A stretch of 64,000 bases of DNA from Dehalococcoidia bacterium (GCA_965215425.1 OZ244064.1:2588095-2652094); one strand, 5' to 3'. Positions 17,003 through 26,129 are shown, counted from the first letter of the stretch. Made by a program: numbers and translations. The notes: generated by a model not told the origin, from the sequence alone.

Positions 17003-19285
17003 ATGTCCAATATCGTACTGTCAAATACGGAATACCAGGTGGTCGGCACCCGGCCCATTCGTCACGATGGCACGGACAAGGTAACCGGCCGCGCCAAGTA
17101 CGGCGGCGATTTCCAGATGACCGGACTGCTCCATGGCCAGGTGTTGCGCAGTCCCCACGCCCACGCCCGCATCAAGTCCATTGACACCAGCAAAGCCAAA
17201 GCCTACCCCGGCGTCAAGGCGGTGATAACCGGCCGGGACCTGCCCGTCGCTGGTATGGAAACTCCCGGGCGGGGAATGCGCTTCTCCAGTGAGAACATTC
17301 TGGCCCAGGACAAGGTCCTGTATCGGGGGCACGCCGTGGCCGCCGTGGCCGCCACCAACCTCCATATCGCCGAAATCGCCGTGGGGCTGATTGAAGTGGA
17401 GTACGAAGTTTTGCCTCCGGTAATCAGCGTTACCCAGGCGATGCAAGCGGACGCTCCCCTGGTCATCGAGGATATGACCACCACCGACTTGGGGGAACGG
17501 ACCGACACCCACAGCAACATTGCTACCCATTTCAAGTACGAACTAGGCGACCTGGAACAGGGATTTGCCGAAGCCGACGTGGTGGTGGAGCGGGAGTTCC
17601 GGACCGCTACCGTGCACCAGGGCTACATCGAGCCGCAGAACGCTGCGGCCCTGTGGAACGCCGACGACAAGTTGACCGTCTGGACCAGCACCCAAGGGGC
17701 TTTCAGCGCCCGGGATTCCCTGGCCCAGATTCTGGACCTGCCGGTCTCCCAGATTAAAGTGGTGCCGATGGAAATCGGCGGCGGCTTTGGCGGCAAGATT
17801 CCTGTTTACCTGGAGCCGATGGCCGCTATCCTGTCCCGAAAGACGGGGCAGCCGGTGAAACTGTTGATGTCCCGTACCGACGTATTCGAAAGCACCGGCC
17901 CCACTTCAGGCGCCACGATGCGGGTGAAAGTGGGGGCTACCAGGGACGGCAAGATTACGGCGGCGGATGCTACCCTGGCCATGGAGGCTGGAGCCTTCCC
18001 CGGCTCTCCTGTGACCATGGGCGCCCAGTGTATGTTCGCTCCCTATGACATTGAAAATGTCCGGGCCGAGGGTTATGACGTGCTGGTGAACAAACCCAAG
18101 GTCGCCCCCTACCGGGCGCCGGGAGCGCCCATTGCCGCCTTTGGCGGCGAGCAGGTAATGGACGAGGTCGCTCGCGAACTGGGCCTCGACCCGGTGGAGT
18201 TCCGCCTCCGCAACGCCTCCAGGGAAGGCACCCGACGGGTGGACGGCCCGGAGTTCCCGGTCATCGGCAACATTGAGTGCGTGGAAGCGGCCAAGGCTAC
18301 CGAGCACTACAATACTCCGCTGACCGGCCCCAACCGGGGCCGGGGCATCGCCTCCGGTTTCTGGTTCAACATCGGGATGCAGTCCAGTTGCAGTATTGGC
18401 GTCCAGTCCGACGGCACCATCAGCCTGGTCGAGGGTTCCACCGACATCGGCGGCACCCGGGCCTCCATTGCCATGCAAGCCGCCGAGGTGCTGGGCATTC
18501 CCGCGGCGGACGTGCGCCCCAGCGTGGCCGATACCGACTCGGTGGGCTATACCTTCCTGACCGGCGGCAGTCGCACCACCTTTGCCAGCGGTTGGGCCGC
18601 CTACGAGTGCGCCCAGGACATCAAACAGCAGCTGATTGACCGGGCCGCTACCATCTGGGAGGTGTCGGCAGCGGATGTGGAACTGGCCGGCGGGGTGTTC
18701 CAGCACAAGTCCGACTCGGACCTGAAAATGACCTTCAAGGAACTGGCGGCCCAGCTCAACGGCAGTGGCGGCCCCATCTCCAGCCAGGTCAGCGTTGACC
18801 CCCGGGGCGCCGGCGGCGCCTTCTCCACCCATATCGTGGACGTGGAAGTTGACCCGGACACCGGCAAGGTGGACATCCTTCGTTACACCACCGTCCAGGA
18901 CGCCGGCAAGGCGATTCATCCCAGCTACGTGGAGGGCCAGATGCAGGGCGGCGTGGTGCAGGGCATCGGCTGGGCCCTGAATGAAGAATACTACTTCAAC
19001 GAGGCCGGCCAGATGGTTAACTCCAGCTTTCTGGACTACCGGATGCCCATCAGCCTGGACCTGCCGATGATTGACACGGTGATTGTAGAGGTAGCCAATC
19101 CGGGCCATCCTTACGGAGCCAGGGGCGTGGGCGAAGTGCCGATAGTGCCGCCCATGGCCGCCATCGCCAACGCCATCCACGACGCCATCGGGGTACGGAT
19201 GGAACGCCTGCCGATGAGCCCCGGCGCTATTCTGGAAGCCCTGTGGTCGCAGAACGGTCAGCCAGAACAGCCGGCGGCAGACTAG
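17003..19285 (+). CDS. Xanthine dehydrogenase / aldehyde oxidase / CO-dehydrogenase-family molybdopterin-binding subunit
   Basis: GTRPIRHDGTDKVTGRAKYGGD, LRSPHAHARIKSID, HQGYIEPQ, GGGFGGK and the C-terminal GVGEVPIVPPMAAIANAI are hallmarks of this family's large subunit. The ATG at 17003 has a GAGGG RBS, and the upstream extension in the track is unlikely. Confidence 0.9.
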   Translation: MSNIVLSNTEYQVVGTRPIRHDGTDKVTGRAKYGGDFQMTGLLHGQVLRSPHAHARIKSIDTSKAKAYPGVKAVITGRDLPVAGMETPGRGMRFSSENILAQDKVLYRGHAVAAVAATNLHIAEIAVGLIEVEYEVLPPVISVTQAMQADAPLVIEDMTTTDLGERTDTHSNIATHFKYELGDLEQGFAEADVVVEREFRTATVHQGYIEPQNAAALWNADDKLTVWTSTQGAFSARDSLAQILDLPVSQIKVVPMEIGGGFGGKIPVYLEPMAAILSRKTGQPVKLLMSRTDVFESTGPTSGATMRVKVGATRDGKITAADATLAMEAGAFPGSPVTMGAQCMFAPYDIENVRAEGYDVLVNKPKVAPYRAPGAPIAAFGGEQVMDEVARELGLDPVEFRLRNASREGTRRVDGPEFPVIGNIECVEAAKATEHYNTPLTGPNRGRGIASGFWFNIGMQSSCSIGVQSDGTISLVEGSTDIGGTRASIAMQAAEVLGIPAADVRPSVADTDSVGYTFLTGGSRTTFASGWAAYECAQDIKQQLIDRAATIWEVSAADVELAGGVFQHKSDSDLKMTFKELAAQLNGSGGPISSQVSVDPRGAGGAFSTHIVDVEVDPDTGKVDILRYTTVQDAGKAIHPSYVEGQMQGGVVQGIGWALNEEYYFNEAGQMVNSSFLDYRMPISLDLPMIDTVIVEVANPGHPYGARGVGEVPIVPPMAAIANAIHDAIGVRMERLPMSPGAILEALWSQNGQPEQPAAD

Positions 19286-19292
19286 GGCAGCA

Positions 19293-19781
19293 ATGGCCGG
19301 AGCCAACCGGGAAGTACGCATCGGGATACCCAGCATACCGGCTAACGCCCTCCGTTGGTGGTATGGCTTGTTCAGTGTTGGCACGGTCTATTTGACCGTG
19401 GCCAACACCATCGCCGAGTCGGTCAGGGTTGAAGCCGAAACCTGGCCGGAGATACAGGGTATCGCCACCGTGGAACTGGCGCAGGCCGGGGCAGCGTCAG
19501 TGATTGGTTCAGCCATCATCGTGGAGGTAGGCCGGATGGTATTCGCCGCAATTTTCGAGGAACGAACCCGCCGGAAAGCTTTGGAAGAGGGACGTGAGGA
19601 GGGGAAAGAGGAGGGACGTGAGGAGGGACGTGAGGAAGGACGCAGAGAAGGGATAGAGCAGGAGCGCGCCCTATGGGTCGCCTGGAACCGACGCCGGGAG
19701 GAAATGGAGCAACGGGGCGAGGTTTTCACCGAGCCGCCGCCCAATACCGGCAACCAGAGCGGCAACAACGCTTCCCCGTAG
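19293..19781 (+). CDS. Small predicted 2-TM protein with an EEGREEG-repeat charged tail (unknown function)
   Basis: Hydrophobic segments are WWYGLFSVGTVYLTVANTI and AGAASVIGSAIIVEVGRMVFAAIF, followed by EEGREEGKEEGREEGREEGRREG. The architecture resembles ORF 55994..56431. There is no strong RBS. Confidence 0.5.
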   Translation: MAGANREVRIGIPSIPANALRWWYGLFSVGTVYLTVANTIAESVRVEAETWPEIQGIATVELAQAGAASVIGSAIIVEVGRMVFAAIFEERTRRKALEEGREEGKEEGREEGREEGRREGIEQERALWVAWNRRREEMEQRGEVFTEPPPNTGNQSGNNASP

Positions 19782-19807
19782 CTCTGACGACAAGGAGGAA
19801 CAAACCA

Positions 19808-20356
19808 ATGGCTAGAGTGCCTTTCGCCACCCGAGAATCCATGACACCGGAAGGGCAGCAGATTTGGGATGAGATCGAGAACAGCCGCGGCGGGGTAGCC
19901 CGCAACTACGCCGCCCTGCTGAATAACCCTCAAGCAGCGGGCAGCTACGCCGGCTTGGGTGGCTACGTCCGGTTCGAGACTCCTCTGGACCGGCGGGTCA
20001 AGGCCCTGGCGATTCTCACCGCCGCCCGGGAAGCCGGCGGGCATTACGTCTGGACCGTGAACCAAAGGGGCGCCCGAGAGGCTGGCCTGAGCGAGGAGGT
20101 TATCTCCGCCATCCGGGAGTTCCGGGCGCCGACCGGACTGGAACCCCGGGATGCCGCCGTGGTGCAGTTCGTCTTGGAACTGCTGCGTCAGCACCGCATA
20201 TCCGACGCCACCTTTGAGGGCTTGCGCGCCCAGGTGGGCGACGCCGGGGTGGTGGACGTGTTGGTAGTGGTAGCTTACTATCACGGTCTGGCCCACAGTC
20301 TCCAGGCGTTGGCGGTGGAACTGCCCGAGGGGATAACAACGGATTTGACGTATTAA
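19808..20356 (+). CDS. Carboxymuconolactone decarboxylase (CMD/AhpD-like) family protein
   Basis: An AAGGAGGA RBS precedes the ATG at 19808. The N-terminus MARVPFATRESMTPEGQQIWDEI is paralogous to 36170..36724. The pattern is typical of CMD-family proteins of about 180 aa. Confidence 0.8.
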   Translation: MARVPFATRESMTPEGQQIWDEIENSRGGVARNYAALLNNPQAAGSYAGLGGYVRFETPLDRRVKALAILTAAREAGGHYVWTVNQRGAREAGLSEEVISAIREFRAPTGLEPRDAAVVQFVLELLRQHRISDATFEGLRAQVGDAGVVDVLVVVAYYHGLAHSLQALAVELPEGITTDLTY

Positions 20357-20392
20357 CCGGTTGAGCGCTGGTCGGCGTTGGGGAAAGTTTAC

Positions 20393-20428
20393 GCCCGCTC
20401 CCGGAAACATCGGGGCGGGCAGTTTTTT
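20393..20428 (+). terminator. Intrinsic terminator after the CMD-family gene
   Basis: GCCCGCTCC (20393..20401) pairs with GGGGCGGGC (20412..20420), including one G-U pair. A TTTTTT run follows at 20423..20428. Confidence 0.65.
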
Positions 20429-20431
20429 CAG

Positions 20432-20529
20432 GGCCAGACACAGGCGACTATCGGGTGAGCTGGCTATCGGGCGGTGGGGCAGGCCCGGGCTACCGGCATA
20501 GGCCAGGCACAGGCAGCTATCGGGTGAGC
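20432..20529. repeat. 29-nt direct repeat GGCCAG(A/G)CACAGGC(GA/AG)CTATCGGGTGAGC x2 (period 69), within an array of five (C/T)(T/C)ATCGGG(T/C/A)G motifs
   Basis: The copies lie at 20432..20460 and 20501..20529 and match at 26 of 29 positions. Further ATCGGG cores occur near 20464, 20577 and 20629. Confidence 0.8.
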
Positions 20530-20795
20530 ATTACCTTTGGTTTCAGATTCTCATCCCTCCTGCCGGGCCAGGGCGATTATCGGGTGGGCGCTCAGGTCTA
20601 GCCCACCGGCGGGGCGGGCGGTTGATGGTCATCGGGAGGGCGCTTGTCCAACCCACACCGCTACCGGTCGGTTAGCTCCAACGGAGGCGTCGGGGCCTGG
20701 ATTTTCACTCCCCTCTATATGCCGGTATATAGCCGGCGCGCCGGGTTAGTTACCCCGTACATCCTGTCCCGATTGTTCCGACCCGGGAGCCGGAA

Positions 20796-21737
20796 ATGAC
20801 CCGGATAATTATTGATACCGACCCGGGGGTGGATGACGCTATTGCCATCCTGATGGCCCTGGCGGGCCCTTCGCTGGAAATTGTCGGGCTGACCATCGTG
20901 GGCGGCAATGTGCCGCTGGCCCGGGGCCTCCGCAACGCCCTGGCCTTGCTGGAGTACGCTGGACGGCGGGACGTTCCGGTGTTCCGGGGTAGTTCCCGTC
21001 CTTTGTATGGCAAGTTTGCCTATTCCTACCGATTCCACGGCAAAGGCGGCCTGTCCCGCCGGCTGCCCGAACCCCGCAGTCAACGTCCCGAAGCGGTCGG
21101 CGCGGTGGACTTCCTGGCAACCCAACTGCGCAGCTACCCCTGCCAGATCCGCCTGGTGGCCTTGGGGCCGCTGACCAACCTGGCCTTGCTGGAACGACAA
21201 TACCCCGGCGCTCTGTCCCGGGCCGCCTCCCTGACGGTAATGGGCGGCGCGGTGGATGTCCCCGGCAACAGCACTCCCCGGGCTGAGTTCAACTTCTACA
21301 GCGACCCGGCGGCGGCGCAGGAGATTATGTCCTCCGGCGTCTCTCTGACCCTGGTGGACCTGGCCGCCTGCCGACAGGTTGGCATTGGGCGGGATGCCGC
21401 CGCCGGCCTGCGCTCCGGCCACCGGCTGGGACAACTGGCGGCGCAACTGGCGCAAAACTGGTTCCGGCGAGATGGGCAGCGGGAGCGGTTCGAGTTTTAT
21501 GACCCGCTGGCGCTGGCCGCCGCCGTAGCTCCGGAGCTATTGATCACGCGCCGGGCCACCGTAACGGTAACCACCACCAGCGGCCCGGAACTGGCCGCCA
21601 GCCGGGTAACCGCCCCGTACGGCCCGGTATCGGTGGTGGAACGGGTGGACACGGCCGCGTTCTTCGCATTTATAAGCGAGATTCTGGGATGGGAGGGGAG
21701 TGTGGATTTTTCAGCGGGGAAGGACCCGGGAGACTAA
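20796..21737 (+). CDS. Inosine-uridine-preferring nucleoside hydrolase family protein
   Basis: The N-terminal IIIDTDPGVDDAIAILMAL is the DxDxxxDD signature of the IUNH family. Confidence 0.9.
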   Translation: MTRIIIDTDPGVDDAIAILMALAGPSLEIVGLTIVGGNVPLARGLRNALALLEYAGRRDVPVFRGSSRPLYGKFAYSYRFHGKGGLSRRLPEPRSQRPEAVGAVDFLATQLRSYPCQIRLVALGPLTNLALLERQYPGALSRAASLTVMGGAVDVPGNSTPRAEFNFYSDPAAAQEIMSSGVSLTLVDLAACRQVGIGRDAAAGLRSGHRLGQLAAQLAQNWFRRDGQRERFEFYDPLALAAAVAPELLITRRATVTVTTTSGPELAASRVTAPYGPVSVVERVDTAAFFAFISEILGWEGSVDFSAGKDPGD

Positions 21738-21862
21738 CTGAAGTGTAGGGAAGCTATCTCCCTGGCAGAGTTTCGTGCCCATCGGTCGACCGGAGATGAA
21801 TTACGTATGAATAACCCGATCCGCTCCACCACCAGTGGTTGACCGGACCCGCCGGTCAAGGT

Positions 21863-22861
21863 ATGTTCAACCCTATCCCAGACCATCAGGAGGCTGCAAG
21901 CGTGCGGGCGATTGACATTCACGCACACCAGGAACCCCAATGTTTTCAGCGAGCTATCCGGGCCGGCCAGTCTTGGCACGGGCTGACGGCAGCGAGCGAC
22001 GAGGCGGATATTGACCCCATGGAAACCTGGACGCCGGAGCAGCGCATCGCCGATATGGATTCTCTGGGGGTGGATGTTCAGGTGGTCTCCACCAGTTCCG
22101 CCTTTTACAAGTATGACCTGGACCCCGCCGTTACCCGGGCCATTGCCCGGGAATGCAACGACGAAGTGCATCAGCTTACTCTGGACCGCCCCGACCGGTT
22201 CAAAGGATTTGCTACCCTGCCGATGCAAGACCTCAGCGCCGCCGTCGCCGAGCTGGACCGGGCCGTCAATCAATTGGGTCTGGTGGGAGCGATGATTGAC
22301 GATAAGGTCAATGAAAAGACCTACGACGACCCGTCATTTCTACCTTTCTGGCAGGCAGCCGAGCAGTTGGGCGCGCTGCTTTTCATTCACCAGGGCGACC
22401 CGACGGTGGTGGAGGCCCGCACCGAAAGCTGGCACTTGCCCAATACCATCGGCAACCTGGTGGATCGGGCCATTACCTTCGCCTCTTTTACCTATGGCGG
22501 GGTACTGGACAAATGCCCGGACTTGAAGGTTTGCCTGGCCCACGGCGGCGGCTATACCTGCTTTGGCATTGGCCGGATGGATCGGGGTTGGCAGGTGCGC
22601 TCCGAGGCCCGGGCCAGTATCAAGCAACCGCCCAGCGCCTACCTGCGCCGGTTCTACTATGATTGCCTGACCCACAGCGAGCCGGCCCTGCGAATGTTGA
22701 TTGACACGGTCGGCGCCGACCGGGTAGTGCTGGGCACCGACTGGCCGGCCAATATGCGGATTGACTGGCCGGTATCCTGGGTGTTGAGCCTGTCCAGCCT
22801 GACCCAGGCAGAAAAGGAAGCCATCCTCTGGAAGAACCTGGAAAGCCTGCTGGGTATCTAG
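21863..22861 (+). CDS. Amidohydrolase-2 (ACMSD-like metal-dependent hydrolase/decarboxylase) family protein
   Basis: AIDIHAHQEP is the HxH motif, and CLAHGGGY and LGTDWP are also typical of the family. The start is uncertain: TTG 21839 or ATG 21863. Confidence 0.8.
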   Translation: MFNPIPDHQEAASVRAIDIHAHQEPQCFQRAIRAGQSWHGLTAASDEADIDPMETWTPEQRIADMDSLGVDVQVVSTSSAFYKYDLDPAVTRAIARECNDEVHQLTLDRPDRFKGFATLPMQDLSAAVAELDRAVNQLGLVGAMIDDKVNEKTYDDPSFLPFWQAAEQLGALLFIHQGDPTVVEARTESWHLPNTIGNLVDRAITFASFTYGGVLDKCPDLKVCLAHGGGYTCFGIGRMDRGWQVRSEARASIKQPPSAYLRRFYYDCLTHSEPALRMLIDTVGADRVVLGTDWPANMRIDWPVSWVLSLSSLTQAEKEAILWKNLESLLGI

Positions 22862-23661
22862 CGGGGGCGATTGCAACCGGAACGTCCATAAGAAAGCCCT
22901 TCTGTGTCGGGCGGGGCGAACCGCCGGCTCCAGCCCTTTGAGCCGATCAGAGCGAAGGGTGAGCTGCTAGTTCAACCGCCTTGCAATCGCCCTGGTAGCC
23001 AGCGCCGGGCAATCGGGTCTTAACTGCGAAGGACTTTCAGCAAGTGGGCATCCCGCCCGCTGGCTTGCCGGCGTTTGCCCCGGAGGCCCACTCTCAGGCT
23101 GGTTTCCCGTTTCAGCAGGTTGCGGGAAATTTGCCGCAGCGTCGCCAGGTTCTGGGGCGCGTGAGACCTGCGAATCCGGCATTGGTCTTCCCGGAAGGTC
23201 CCGTCCAGGCTCCGGTGCAAAGAGTTCTCGCTGCTCCGGTGGGTGCGTACTGCCGCCAGCAACGGCTCTGCCGGCGCGGTCAGACTGCTGATGCAGCACC
23301 TGGGTTGCACGGTTGACCCCTCCGCCGTCTCCCGATGGCCCACCACTCTGACCACCGATTTCAGGCCAGGCCAGGACTGGCCGGCGCTCAGGTAGGCCGG
23401 ACTCAACGGGTCGTTGATCACCCGGCGCTCCCGCCATTCCACGCGGCCGTGGTTCCTGTTCAGCGTGTTGGCATAGTCATGGGGAACTCCCTGGTAGCCG
23501 AACTCCTCCGCTCCGGCAAACAGGTCCTGCACCTCCTGATACAACCGGCCCTGGTTCCCTTTCAGGGCGAGAACGTATTGAGCCTCCCGCTCCAATATCG
23601 CTTGGGCGATAGCCTTCGGGCAGCCCAGGGCATCAATGGTGACGATGCGCCCCCTCAGTTC

Positions 23662-24437
23662 GGTATTCCCAATACGCGCTGGCATTTACATCAGGCCCAA
23701 CTTCCAGCAGATTCAGGGCTATTGATCCCCGCAGCATGGCCACGCTCTTGTTGTACCCCCTGGTCTTCCGTTGCAACCGCCGCAGCCGGTCCCGCAGCCG
23801 GGAGCGCAGTCCCTCATTCCGGTTCACCGCCCCGCCCCTTCCCGCCACCTGCCGGTCCTGGGGCAGCCACGCGTACACCACATAATGGTCGCTCCGGTAC
23901 AACTCCGCGTCCGGCAGCCGCTCATACAGTCGCAGGAGGGTCTCTTGGTCCCGGCGGCCCACCTCAAAGTCCACCCAGCGGGCGCCGTCCCCTTCTCCAC
24001 CACCGCCGTCCAGACCCAGACCTCCCGCCGCTTCCCCTTCCGCCGCGCCCCCACGTAGCTCCACATTTCGGCAGAGGCTATCACCTTGGCTGGCGGCTGC
24101 CCCGGCGGCTGCCCCGCCCGGCGCCGGGCTTCCCTGACGGCCAACTCCGCCGCCAGCTGGGCTTTTTTTGACCCAGGAAAACACCGTGGTCAGTTGGCCC
24201 CCCAGGACCCGGCCGAGGGCGGCGATGCCGGTTTCCTCGGCATACATCTCTAGGGCCTGACGCTTGACGGTCTCCGGGAAGTAGTGGCGGTTGCCCTCGG
24301 GGGTGAACCGGGGCAAGCAGTCACGGCAACGGTGAGTCTGCTTGCCCCGGGAATGGCCGTCTCCTGGGAGTCCAGTTGGAGCCGCAGTGGGGGCAGCGCA
24401 GGTCATGGCGGTAAGTGCGGGCGCGAGCCCTGTCCAT
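23662..24437 (-). pseudogene. IS1-like insA/insB reading frames with extra frameshifts
   Basis: The first half of the zinc finger, the second half plus HTH, the InsB N-terminus and the InsB C-terminus are spread over three frames. That is more frame changes than the single programmed -1 shift expected for IS1. Confidence 0.65.
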
Positions 24438-24497
24438 TCCTCCCGGAAGATCGTAGCATTGCCTCAATTTTACATAACAGCACGTGTTGAGAATACC
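23662..24497 (-). mobile_element. IS1-family-like insertion sequence nested in the ISAs1 element, with an 8-bp target-site duplication
   Basis: The ends are GGTATTCCCAATACGCGC (23662...) and GCACGTGTTGAGAATACC (...24497), imperfect inverted repeats matching at about 15 of 18 positions. CTCAGTTC is duplicated at 23654..23661 and 24498..24505. Removing the element restores the ISAs1 reading ...QQRLELRGRIVTIDALGC.... Internal ORFs are InsA-like (CPHCGSNW / RCRDC zinc finger, HTH, A7 run) and InsB-like (EMWSYVGARRKGKRREVWVWTAVV; LYRSDHYVVYAWLP; NRNEGLRSRLRDRLRRLQRKTRGYNKS). Confidence 0.8.
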
Positions 24498-25122
24498 CTC
24501 AGTTCCAGCCGTTGCTGCAACTGGGGTATGGCGGTAATTTCGTTGGACTTCTCTTCCGTCTTCACCTGGCCCAGGGTCAGCCTGTTGGCTGAGGCCCAGG
24601 CGCTGACCCGGTGAATGGCTTGCTCGCCAACGTTGCCATCGCGGGAACGGCGCACCGTCCTGCCGTCCATCGCCACCACTTCCCCAGGCAACAAATCGGC
24701 CACCCCCTGAGTCCATTCCATAAAGCCCGGCGGGAATCCCTCCGAATCCAGCCGGGAGAAGTCCTCGCCGAAGGCGTCGTGCGACGGGATGCCATTGGGC
24801 AGTTCCAGGTGGGTTCTAAACGAAGGTTCTAAGCCACTCCTCCCCGCCCTTGCCGGACAGTTCCATATGAACCCAGCTATCCGCCCCGCAGATGGTGGCG
24901 CAGATAGCGATGGCCACAATGTCCAAAAGATTGGGCCGCCTGCTCCGCTCTATCCCGGGATCCTCCAGGGCCTGGAAATAGTCTGTAATGGATGCACGCT
25001 TCGCTCCTCTCATCCTTCCCTCCGCACATCACATACCCCAATTCTATCCTGCTACCTGCCTCCGTTTAAGACGCGATTGCCCTGACCAGTCGGTTATTTT
25101 GCAGGCCGGTGGCTTCCCCGCC

Positions 25123-25131
25123 TGTTATAAT
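25123..25131 (+). promoter_or_regulatory. Extended -10 promoter element (TGTTATAAT) upstream of the PAC2 gene
   Basis: TGnTATAAT lies about 48 nt upstream of the ATG at 25179, immediately right of the IS end. Confidence 0.4.
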
Positions 25132-25178
25132 ACAGTCTGGAATAATGAAATCGCAGTATTGTTCGGGAGGAACGCTCG

Positions 25179-26129
25179 ATGGCCGATGAACTTTTAGTCC
25201 TCCATGAAAAGCCCAACGCCGAGTTTATGATTGCCGGTTGGCGGCGTCAGTGGTCCAACGGTGGCAGAATCTCCAGTGGCTTGCCCCGCTACCTGATTGA
25301 AAAGCTGGGAGCGCGGAAGATTGGTCGGTTGGGCGACCAGGTAGCTACCCTTTGCTATCCTTTTCAGGTGGCGGGAACCCACGACACCTTCCGCCCCGCC
25401 GTCGCCTTTCAAGAGGGGCTGCCCTCCAGCCCAATGGAGCGGGAGAACGATTTTTACGACGCCGGCAACGGTTTGATTATCTTCCTGGGCGAAGAACCCT
25501 GGAGTCGTATTGACCTGTACGGCGCCGGCTTCTTCCAGGCGGTCCGGGAGTTGGGTATCAAGCAGACGGTTGCCGTGGAAGGGGTCAACGGGCCGGCCCC
25601 GCCGGAAATGGAACGGAGGATTAACTGCGTTTACAGCCGCCCGGAAATGAAAAATACCCTGGAACGGTACGGCCTGATAATGTCCAGCCGGGGCACCGAG
25701 GGTCGCCGGGGGCCAACTATTGGCATGGCCATGGTTTCCCTGGCCCATTTCGAGTACCCGGAAGTGGAGATGTTCCGGTTGGGCGCGATGGCCCCGATGT
25801 ACCCCTTCGTGGTTTCCAACAATGAGCAACTGGGCATTTTCCGCGACCACCGCTCTTTCTACGACATCATGCGTCGCCTCAAGTCCATGTTCAAGCTGGA
25901 CATTGACCTGAACGAATTGCAGGCCCTGGGCGAGACCGAGTCCCGGGAGTTGCAGTCCAACCTGGACCGCATCGGGGAAAACAACGCCGAGGCCAAGCGC
26001 ATCATCGAACAAGTCCGCTCGGACTATAACGTGATTCCCTACGTGGAGCCGGTGGAGTTGGACCCGGCCTTGGACCGAACCCTTGAGGATATTCTGCAAG
26101 GTATGTCAGACCAGCCGGAAAGCCCCTAG
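25179..26129 (+). CDS. PAC2 (proteasome assembly chaperone 2-like) family protein
   Basis: The N-terminus EKPNAEFMIAGWRRQWSNGGRISSGLPRYLIEKLGARKIG and the length of about 316 aa fit bacterial PAC2-family proteins. A GGGAGGA RBS is present. Confidence 0.7.
   Translation: MADELLVLHEKPNAEFMIAGWRRQWSNGGRISSGLPRYLIEKLGARKIGRLGDQVATLCYPFQVAGTHDTFRPAVAFQEGLPSSPMERENDFYDAGNGLIIFLGEEPWSRIDLYGAGFFQAVRELGIKQTVAVEGVNGPAPPEMERRINCVYSRPEMKNTLERYGLIMSSRGTEGRRGPTIGMAMVSLAHFEYPEVEMFRLGAMAPMYPFVVSNNEQLGIFRDHRSFYDIMRRLKSMFKLDIDLNELQALGETESRELQSNLDRIGENNAEAKRIIEQVRSDYNVIPYVEPVELDPALDRTLEDILQGMSDQPESP

Larger units (their letters stand above)
23020..25013 (-). pseudogene. ISAs1-family transposase, disrupted
   Basis: Three ORF fragments lie in different frames, separated by a frameshift near 24830..24870 and by the 836-bp insertion at 23662..24497. 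Confidence 0.8.
23007..25082 (-). mobile_element. ISAs1-family insertion sequence, inactivated (frameshift plus a nested IS1-like insertion)
   Basis: The terminal inverted repeats are GGGCAATCGGGTCTTAA (23007...) and TTAAGACGCGATTGCCC (...25082). The transposase is split across ORFs 24816..25013 (DDE_Tnp_1-associated N-terminus: DYFQALEDPGIERSRRPNLLDIVAIAICATICGADSW), 24470..24919 (LELPNGIPSHDAFGEDFSRLD...HRVSAWASANRLTLGQVKTEEKSNEITAIPQL) and 23020..23685 (...IVTIDALGCPKAIAQ...ENSLHRSLDGTFREDQCRIR...). Confidence 0.85.

Noticed and set aside
22865-22995. A possible MITE or solo-IR remnant bounded by GGGCGATTGCAA / TTGCAATCGCCC next to the ISAs1 element.
   Set aside because: The 12-bp inverted repeat shares only GCAATCGC with the ISAs1 terminal repeat. 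A single short inverted repeat in GC-rich DNA is not enough to call an element.
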